Shown: positions 57,488 through 64,000 of the stretch, piece by piece
How positions within the stretch are numbered: the first letter of the stretch is position 1
How the letters are laid out: each line of letters opens with the position of its first letter
From: Dehalococcoidia bacterium
GTDB taxonomy: Bacteria; Chloroflexota; Dehalococcoidia; UBA2979
DNA length: 64,000 nucleotides
Direction of reading: 5' to 3'
Assembly: GCA_965248675.1 (NCBI GenBank)
Contig: CBDFJZ010000007.1
Location: forward strand, 161,119-225,118
The notes under the pieces: model-generated
Seen by the model: only the letters and a program-made list of their open reading frames with translations
Database searches by the model: none
Told to the model about the DNA's origin: nothing
Translations under genes and position numbers: made by a program

Positions 57488-58579
57488 ATGCGCGTGCTCG
57501 ATTGGCGGTTTCGGCTGAGTGGGCGGCATCCCGGGCGCAACAGAACGTACCGTCCGTTGCTGGCGGCCTCGGTCGTCGCGGTGGCCCTCCTCGCCGGATG
57601 CGCGCGCTCTGATTCAACCGACGAGGCGCCTCTCCCCGGAGTGGTGGTCTGGAACGGCTATGTCGCGTGGGATGAGGCGCTGACACGTTTCGACGCGGAG
57701 ACCGCGGAATGGGTAGGCGGGTTTGCTAGCAGCGTGCCTAAGTCGCTGCCGGAGCGCGCGCTGCCGCAGATCCACTTCATCGCCCTGAACGGCGCACGAC
57801 CGATTGAGGCCGCCCCGATCCTGCCCACGAAGGATGGTGAGGTTCGAGCACAGCTCGTGGTGGGCAATCCCTCCGCTCGAACCAACCGTGCACAGCAAAT
57901 CGTCTGCCTACGGAACGGGGAGCAGATTCCATGTGCGTCCGGCGTGACAGCCTGGCGTCTGGCGGTACCCGGGGAGTCGGTGGCGTTCGTTCCGCTTGAC
58001 CTCGAGGGCGTCGCAGGGAGCAGGGTGGACGTACTGCTGATTCCGAGCGAGCAGGCCGGCTATCCGTTCCCCGAGGCTGTCTCGTTCCCGTTGTTTATTG
58101 AACCGGGCACTGAACCTCGAGCCGAGGTTGAGCTCGCGTCCATCGCGCGGGTGTGGCCCTTTGACGGCTGCGGGTTCGCTCGTGTGATTCACGACCCGCC
58201 TCCGCTCGAGACCGTTCGCAACCCGAGCGTGACCAAGCGTGACGCGGAGCTGATTCTGCTGATTGAGTTCTGCGATCCGGGAGAGACGGTGCAACTGGTC
58301 GCCGTTGGTGACCGCCGCCGGGTGATCCCCATCGACGAGCCGGTCTGGCGTGAACCTTTGCGTATCAGCGAGCAGACCGCGTTGATCCCGATCGACGCTT
58401 CGTGGTTCGCGGATGTGGAGGAGTTTCAGATTTTCGTCATGAGGAATGAGTTCGGCGGTAACCGTGGCCCCGCCGGGTGGTTCACAACGGCGATCTCCTT
58501 CGGTGAACGAGGTGCCACGGCGACGGAGATGGGATCGGATCGGTCGGTTTCGACCGCAATGTCGGGCTTTCTCCAGTGA
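57488..58579 (+). CDS. hypothetical lipoprotein
   Basis: Lipobox LLAGC after a basic N-terminus. The region is visibly AT-richer than its neighbours. No family recognised. Confidence 0.5.
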   Translation: MRVLDWRFRLSGRHPGRNRTYRPLLAASVVAVALLAGCARSDSTDEAPLPGVVVWNGYVAWDEALTRFDAETAEWVGGFASSVPKSLPERALPQIHFIALNGARPIEAAPILPTKDGEVRAQLVVGNPSARTNRAQQIVCLRNGEQIPCASGVTAWRLAVPGESVAFVPLDLEGVAGSRVDVLLIPSEQAGYPFPEAVSFPLFIEPGTEPRAEVELASIARVWPFDGCGFARVIHDPPPLETVRNPSVTKRDAELILLIEFCDPGETVQLVAVGDRRRVIPIDEPVWREPLRISEQTALIPIDASWFADVEEFQIFVMRNEFGGNRGPAGWFTTAISFGERGATATEMGSDRSVSTAMSGFLQ

Positions 58580-58615
58580 GTTAGGGGATCTGAGGCGTGC
58601 TAACCTCGCTGGAAG

Positions 58616-60766
58616 ATGGTCGCAACCAAGGGCGTGGCCTCAGACGCCCGCGAACTCCTCGATTCGCTCGAGTCCTATCTGCCGGCAGACCGCGTCAGCG
58701 TGATTTCCGACGCGCTCGATTTCGCGGTGGCCGCGCACGACGGGCAGAGCCGCCGCTCCGGCGAGCCTTACGTCACGCATCCGATCGCCGTCTCCTCGAT
58801 GCTCGCGAACCTGAAGATGGACTCGCTGACGATCGAGGCGGGGCTGCTCCACGACGTCGTCGAGGATTGCGACGTGAGCGTCGAGGAGCTGAGCCAGCGG
58901 TTCGGGGCCGAGGTGGGCCGGCTCGTCGAGGGCGCCACGAAGATTGACCAGTTGCCGACGGTCGACCAGCCGAACGCGGACGCCGAGACGCTGCGCAAGA
59001 TGTTCCTCGCGATGGCCGAGGACGTGCGGGTCGTGATCATCAAGCTGGCCGACCGGCTCCACAACATGCGCACGCTGCAGTTCCTGCCGCCGGACCGTCA
59101 GCGGGCGATCGCCCAGGAGACCCGCGACATCTATGCGCCGCTGGCCGCGCGGCTCGGGGTGTGGCAGTTCAAGTGGGAGCTCGAGGATCTCGCGTTCCGT
59201 TATCTCGAGCCGGAGCAGTACCGGCGCGTCGCCTCGACGCTGGCGTCGAAGCGCAGCGAGCGCGAGCGGTACATCCGGCACGTGGAGACGGAGTTGCGGG
59301 GCGCCCTCGAGGAGGCCGGGATCGAGGCAGAGGTGCAAGGGCGGGCGAAGCACCTGTACTCGATCTACGAAAAGGAACAGCGCTATACGCGCGAGGGGAA
59401 GACGTTCGACCAGATCCACGATCTGCTCGCGTTGCGGGTGCTCGTCGACTCGGTGTCGGACTGCTACGCGGCGCTCGGCGTGGTGCACCAGACCTGGCGT
59501 CCAATCCCGAACTCGTTCGACGATTACCTGGCTAGTCCGAAGGAGTCGCTGTACCAGTCGCTGCACACCTCGGTGCTGGGGCCGGGCACGCGACCGTTCG
59601 AGATCCAGATCCGCACGTTCGAGATGCACGAGGTGGCGGAGTACGGCGTGGCCGCGCACTGGCAGTACAAGAGCGAGCCCGGCAAGCGCGACGTGCAGTA
59701 CGAAGAGCGGATGTCGTGGCTGCGCCACCTGATCGAGTGGCAGCAGGAGGGCGCCGAGGACTTCCTGGAGTCGGTGAAGACCGACGTCTTCGCCGACCAG
59801 GTGTTCGTGAACACGCCGCGAGGCGACGTGCAGGTGCTGCCGCGCGGCTCGACGCCGGTCGACTTCGCCTATCGCGTGCACACCAATCTGGGCCACGCCT
59901 GCGCCGGCGCGAAGGTGAACGGCAAGCTCGTCCCGCTCAACACGAAACTGCAGAACGGCGACGTGATCGAGATCCTGCGTAGCCGCTCGCAGAAGGGGCC
60001 GTCGCGCGACTGGTTGATGCCGGCGCTCGGCTACCTCGGCTCCAGTCACTCACGTCAGAAGGTCCGTCAGTGGTTCCGGCGGCAGCAGCGTGGCGACAAC
60101 GTGGAGCGCGGTCGGGAGGAGTTCGAGCGGGAGACGAAGCGGCTGGCGATCACCAAGGTGCCGGTCAACATCTGGGAGCGGTTCAAGCTCGGCTCGATGG
60201 AAGACCTTTTCGCGGCGATCGGCTCGGGCGACGTCTCGGCGCAACATCTGGGCAACCTGCTGGCGGAGCACGCTCCGGCCGCGCCGCCCTCGGAGATCGC
60301 GCCCTCCACGATCAAGGTTGGTGGGAGCCCGGGCGTGCGCGTCCTCGGGACCGCGGGCCTGCACGTGGTGCTCGCGAAGTGTTGTAGCCCGCTGCCCGGC
60401 GACGGGATCGTCGGCTTCACGACACGCGGCGGGGGCGTCACGGTGCACCGCCAAACCTGCCGCAACGTGGCCCGCGTCAGCGAGCCCGAGCGCCTCCTCG
60501 ATTGCGACTGGGGGCCGACCGAGGCGACGTACGCCGCCCGCGTCGAGGTGCATGCGTGGGACCGCGTCGGCCTGCTGCGCGACGTCAGCACACTGGCGGC
60601 CGAGGCGGGCGTCAATATGGTTGGCGTGCGCACGCAGGAACACGACGATCGGACCACTACGCTCGATCTGATCCTCGAAACCGAGGGTGGCGCGCAGTTC
60701 GTGCGCCTGATCTCGGCGCTCGATGCCGTCCGTGGCGTGATCTCGGTTGATCGCGTGCAGGAGTAG
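58616..60766 (+). CDS. rel: bifunctional (p)ppGpp synthetase/hydrolase (RelA/SpoT homologue)
   Basis: HD hydrolase domain (HPIAV..LLHDVVED) and synthetase domain (HLYSIYEK, YQSLHTSV, EIQIRT). TGS domain (VFVNTPRGDV..LPRGSTPVDFAY) and C-terminal ACT domain. Confidence 0.95.
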   Translation: MVATKGVASDARELLDSLESYLPADRVSVISDALDFAVAAHDGQSRRSGEPYVTHPIAVSSMLANLKMDSLTIEAGLLHDVVEDCDVSVEELSQRFGAEVGRLVEGATKIDQLPTVDQPNADAETLRKMFLAMAEDVRVVIIKLADRLHNMRTLQFLPPDRQRAIAQETRDIYAPLAARLGVWQFKWELEDLAFRYLEPEQYRRVASTLASKRSERERYIRHVETELRGALEEAGIEAEVQGRAKHLYSIYEKEQRYTREGKTFDQIHDLLALRVLVDSVSDCYAALGVVHQTWRPIPNSFDDYLASPKESLYQSLHTSVLGPGTRPFEIQIRTFEMHEVAEYGVAAHWQYKSEPGKRDVQYEERMSWLRHLIEWQQEGAEDFLESVKTDVFADQVFVNTPRGDVQVLPRGSTPVDFAYRVHTNLGHACAGAKVNGKLVPLNTKLQNGDVIEILRSRSQKGPSRDWLMPALGYLGSSHSRQKVRQWFRRQQRGDNVERGREEFERETKRLAITKVPVNIWERFKLGSMEDLFAAIGSGDVSAQHLGNLLAEHAPAAPPSEIAPSTIKVGGSPGVRVLGTAGLHVVLAKCCSPLPGDGIVGFTTRGGGVTVHRQTCRNVARVSEPERLLDCDWGPTEATYAARVEVHAWDRVGLLRDVSTLAAEAGVNMVGVRTQEHDDRTTTLDLILETEGGAQFVRLISALDAVRGVISVDRVQE

Positions 60767-60826
60767 GCGCCTTCGACGTTTTTGGGGTCTGCCGAGTAGA
60801 CAGTTTCTTTGGGAGCGGGCGGAGCG

Positions 60827-61366
60827 ATGGCGGAACCCACGGCCGCGATCGGTGGTCGGGACCAGCTCACTCACGCCTTACGGCAGCATGGTGAGCAGGT
60901 GGTCGCGGCGCTTCGCGACATCAACCCAGAACGCCTCGACCCGCCACGAGCGGGAGCCGGCTGGGGCGCGCACGAGCTGTTGGCGCACATCGCCTCGATG
61001 GAGTGGACGTATCCGCGCCTGATCGAAGTCGCGGAGGCGGCCGGCAGCCAGCAGCCCGCGGAAGATCCGCCAACGAGGGCGTTTCGCGGGGGCAACGACA
61101 GCTACAACGACCGGCAAGTCGCGCGCCGGGCCGCGGAGCCTGCCGACGCGTTGATCGCGGAGTTCGAGCGAAACCGCGCGGCGCTGCTGGAGGCGGTGGG
61201 CGCGATGGAGCCGTCGCTCCTCGCGGTGGCGATCAAGTCGGCCGGCGGCATCATGGGTTCGCTCGAGCAGGTGCTCCGGTCCGTGGCGATCGACCACGTC
61301 CAGGAGCACCTCGAAGAAATCGGGCGGATCACCAGTCCCGAGTCCTCCGGGCAGGGCAAGCCCTAG
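60827..61366 (+). CDS. DinB-superfamily protein
   Basis: Four-helix-bundle pattern with His positions typical of DinB_2 / MDMPI_N (HELLAHI..., DHVQEHLEEI). The start was taken at ATG 60827. Confidence 0.6.
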   Translation: MAEPTAAIGGRDQLTHALRQHGEQVVAALRDINPERLDPPRAGAGWGAHELLAHIASMEWTYPRLIEVAEAAGSQQPAEDPPTRAFRGGNDSYNDRQVARRAAEPADALIAEFERNRAALLEAVGAMEPSLLAVAIKSAGGIMGSLEQVLRSVAIDHVQEHLEEIGRITSPESSGQGKP

Positions 61367-61446
61367 CTCGGGCACTTCTGACCGAGGCAACCTCGTAATG
61401 CGCGGGTCGAATCACCAGGCTTTTCGAGCCCCGGATCAGCGAGCGC

Positions 61447-61800
61447 TCAGGCGGCGCGCTGGAGCCCGACGAGCTCCGCCTCGGTCAGCTGCCAGGCGGC
61501 CTCCAGTGCGCTCACGATCTGGGATGCGCCCTCCGTCGAACCGGCGCGGGCGAGGTAGTGAAGCTCCTCGGCGTAACCCGACACGGTGGCCGCGCCGACG
61601 CTGGCACTGGCTGACTTGAACCGGTGCGCGATCTGTTCGAGCGATCGAGGATCACGAGCGGACACGGCCTGACGCAACGAGCTGATCTCGTTGCGCGCTT
61701 CGCCCAGGTAGGTGGTGACGATCTCCGCGACGAGGTCATCCCCGCCGAGCTCGCGCAGCTCGTCGATCGCGGTTTGATCTAGTCCAGCGTCATTGATCAT
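61447..61800 (-). CDS. Hpt-domain phosphotransfer protein
   Basis: HRFKSASASVGA matches the HxxKGxxxxxGA phosphohistidine motif. 117 aa, all-helical. Confidence 0.8.
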   Translation of the reverse strand: MINDAGLDQTAIDELRELGGDDLVAEIVTTYLGEARNEISSLRQAVSARDPRSLEQIAHRFKSASASVGAATVSGYAEELHYLARAGSTEGASQIVSALEAAWQLTEAELVGLQRAA

Positions 61801-61819
61801 GGGGCGCCTCCGGGAGCGT

Positions 61820-62620
61820 TCATGCGACTGCCGACGAGTCCGGGTTGAGCCAGCGATCGAGGACGGCGGGCATCTGCCCGAGTCTCAGCGGCTTTGCGAC
61901 GTAGTCGTCCATGCCGGCGGCGAGGCAGCGCTCGAGGTCCCCGTCCATCGCGTTGGCGGTGATGGCGACGATTGGGACATTCGGTTGGCGGTCGCCTTCG
62001 CGGATCCGACGCGTCGCCTCATAGCCGTCCATTTCCGGCATCTGGCAGTCCATGAACACGATGTCGTAGGGCGCCGCGGCGAGGGCTTCGACCGCTTCGC
62101 GACCGTTGGCGACGACCTCGACGTGACAGCCGAGTTTCGCGAGCATGCGCTCGGCGAGGATCTGGTTGACGGTGTTGTCCTCCGCAACGAGCACCCGCGC
62201 GCCGCGCGCCGGCTGCTCGATGAGCGCATCCGCGATTGTGGTCGATGCTTCTGTGCGAACGACGCCCATCGCGGTCGCGAGTGCATCCAACAGTCGCGAG
62301 GGGTGCGGTGGATGCGTCACGATCGCGGCGTCGTCCACCGCCAGGCGTGCACGAGCGCGGGCATCTGGAGCGACGACCAGCAGGACCCGGGTCTGGGCGA
62401 ATCGCGGGCAGCCGGCGCGGAGCAGCTCGATCGTGCCGGCGCCGGCGTCGGCGCCGTTGCCGTCGCAGACCACGACGTCGAAGGGGCGTTCAGCCGCGGC
62501 CGCGTCGTTGAGCAGGCTGATCGCCTCCTCCGGGCCGGCCGCGCCGGTGACGTCGAGCCCCCAGCCGAGGAGCTGATCGATCAGCGCCTCGCGCGTCAGT
62601 TGGCGCTCGGCGAGCACCAC
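61820..62620 (-). CDS. double-receiver protein (degenerate N-terminal REC + canonical C-terminal REC), possibly the detached C-terminus of the upstream kinase
   Basis: The C-terminal REC has VLVAEDN, DIVFMDCQMPEMDG, ITANA and DDYVAKP. The N-terminal half is only REC-like. Its start overlaps the kinase stop by ~25 nt. Confidence 0.75.
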   Translation of the reverse strand: MVLAERQLTREALIDQLLGWGLDVTGAAGPEEAISLLNDAAAAERPFDVVVCDGNGADAGAGTIELLRAGCPRFAQTRVLLVVAPDARARARLAVDDAAIVTHPPHPSRLLDALATAMGVVRTEASTTIADALIEQPARGARVLVAEDNTVNQILAERMLAKLGCHVEVVANGREAVEALAAAPYDIVFMDCQMPEMDGYEATRRIREGDRQPNVPIVAITANAMDGDLERCLAAGMDDYVAKPLRLGQMPAVLDRWLNPDSSAVA

Positions 62621-64000
62621 ACGCGCGCCGCGGCGATGCCGGCTGGCGGCTGAGGGATCGCGCGATCGTCAAGCGGGAACGGGACTTCGATCGAGAACGT
62701 CGATCCCTCGCCGAGCGTGCTGTCCACGCGCACGACGCCATCCATCGCCTGGACCAGGTGGCGGACGATCGCGAGGCCCAGCCCGGTGCCGCCGTGGGTA
62801 CGCGTCGTCGAAGCGTCGACCTGCGTGAACTCCTCGAAGATCGCGTCCTGCAGATCGCTGGGGACGCCGATCCCGGTGTCGGTCACCGCGACGCGGAGAT
62901 AGTGCGCGCCATCGGCACGCTGGCGGACGTCCTCGACGGAGAAGGCGACGTGGCCCTCGGCCGTGAACTTGATCGCGTTGGAACCGAGGTTCAACAAGAT
63001 CTGGCGCACCCGCCCGGCATCGCCAATCACCTGCTGCGGGACGTGGGACGGGTAGCGGACGATCAGTTCGATGTCGCGCACGTCCTCGCGATGAGACAGC
63101 AGCTCGGCGATCTCGTACACGGTGTCTCGCAGGGAGAACGACAGTGACTCCAGCTCCATCCGCCCGGCCTCGATCTTCGAGAAGTCCAGGATCTCGTTGA
63201 TCAGGGACAGCAGGGTTTCTCCGGAGGAGCGAATCGCGTTGCCGTACTGCAGTTGTTCTTCATCGAGTTCCGTGCCCAGGAGCAATCCAGTCATGCCGAT
63301 CACGCCATTCATCGGCGTACGGATCTCGTGCGACAGCGTTGCCAGAAAGTCGGCCTTCGAGGCCGCCGCCGCTTCAGCGCGGGTCGCGAGCGCCCGGGCT
63401 TCACGGGCCTGTTCGCGCAGGCGTTGCTCGGCCTGTTTGATCTCGGTCATGTCGCGAACGATGCCGGTGAAGCTGCGTCCGCTCTCGTCGACGACCTCGC
63501 TGACGGATAGCTGAATCGGGAATTCGCCGCCGCCTCGGCGTCGCGCAACGTCATCACGGACCTGACCGACGACGGTCGTCGCCTGACCGGTCTCAACGTA
63601 GCTGTCGACGAACCGCGGCCGCGCGGTGCCCGTTGATCGCGACATCAGCATCTCAACGGGACGTCCGATCACTTCGTCGGCCTGGTAGCCAAACATCCGC
63701 TCGGCGGCGCGGTTGAAGCTTTCGATCAGCCCGCCTTCAGAGATGCCGATGATGGCGTCGGCGGCCGTATCGAGGATCGTGTTCAGCCGCTGCTCGCGTT
63801 GCGACAGGGAGATCATCAACTGGTCATGCGCCGTGGCCAGCCGGCGCAGCTCGGCGGTACGGACGTCGACTTCCCGTTCGACACGACGGGTCCGTCCCCT
63901 GACGCTGCTGAAGTAGGCGCCGGCCAGCACGAACACGAGCAAGGTGCCGCCGCCGATCGCGGCGGCGAGCCATGGACGCGAGCCCGGATGCGCAGCGTGA
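62596..64000 (-). CDS. sensor histidine kinase (TM-PAS-HisKA-HATPase), 5'-partial at the window edge
   Basis: [15 protein letters not shown]-box, N/G1/G2 boxes ([24 protein letters not shown]) and a PAS domain ([12 protein letters not shown]...). The frame stays open through a TM helix to position 64000. Confidence 0.9.
   Translation of the reverse strand, partial: HAAHPGSRPWLAAAIGGGTLLVFVLAGAYFSSVRGRTRRVEREVDVRTAELRRLATAHDQLMISLSQREQRLNTILDTAADAIIGISEGGLIESFNRAAERMFGYQADEVIGRPVEMLMSRSTGTARPRFVDSYVETGQATTVVGQVRDDVARRRGGGEFPIQLSVSEVVDESGRSFTGIVRDMTEIKQAEQRLREQAREARALATRAEAAAASKADFLATLSHEIRTPMNGVIGMTGLLLGTELDEEQLQYGNAIRSSGETLLSLINEILDFSKIEAGRMELESLSFSLRDTVYEIAELLSHREDVRDIELIVRYPSHVPQQVIGDAGRVRQILLNLGSNAIKFTAEGHVAFSVEDVRQRADGAHYLRVAVTDTGIGVPSDLQDAIFEEFTQVDASTTRTHGGTGLGLAIVRHLVQAMDGVVRVDSTLGEGSTFSIEVPFPLDDRAIPQPPAGIAAARVWCSPSAN

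Overview
This is a high-GC bacterial chromosomal segment, mostly core housekeeping genes. Gene content and order suggest a monoderm-like high-GC lineage (Chloroflexota/Thermomicrobia-like or Actinomycetota), but that is inference only.

Gene content, left to right:
- 1-2000: a small, visibly AT-richer patch of hypothetical genes, one of them broken at a G8 run.
- 2407-8513: a tightly coupled argF-cdaA-cdaR-der-plsY-gpsA string.
- 8545-10626: HEAT-repeat, NUDIX and GNAT genes.
- 11075-17745, minus strand: a beta-oxidation-like cluster. It holds two MFE-2-type SDRs, a PHP phosphoesterase, and a tandemly duplicated SCPx-type thiolase + DUF35 pair.
- 18111-27613: a nine-gene nuo operon (A-C-D-H-J-K-L-M-N). 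It lacks nuoB, nuoI and nuoEFG and carries a small extra ORF between nuoK and nuoL.
- 27658-32620: ybeY, dnaX, recR, recO.
- 33159-37437: an AT-richer accessory patch with a GMC-oxidoreductase remnant, a pentapeptide-repeat membrane protein and a lipoprotein.
- 37532-42208: a PspC-polyprenyl synthase fusion, tatD, metG.
- 42556-46708: a ~1380-aa secreted Kelch protein.
- 47176-52952: a GuaB3-like gene, a VanW-like gene, prmC, decayed trmH and DUF3303 remnants, prfA.
- 53150-64000: two MFS transporters, hisS, a lipoprotein, rel, a DinB-like gene and a histidine kinase/receiver/Hpt phosphorelay that runs off the right edge.

No rRNA, tRNA, CRISPR array, transposase or integrase was recognised.

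Most notable non-genic signal:
- A family of ~200-nt three-hairpin elements has seven copies, which occupy the long intergenic spacers between 28 and 50 kb. One copy shows compensatory stem changes.

Other points worth a second look:
- A mosaic, gene-conversion-like tandem duplication of the thiolase/DUF35 pair.
- A 38-bp tandem repeat that builds a chain of GTGA-coupled mini-ORFs in front of prmC.
- Several reading-frame breaks, which could be real decay or assembly errors.

All homology calls come from reading motifs by eye. No searches or numerical computations were run.
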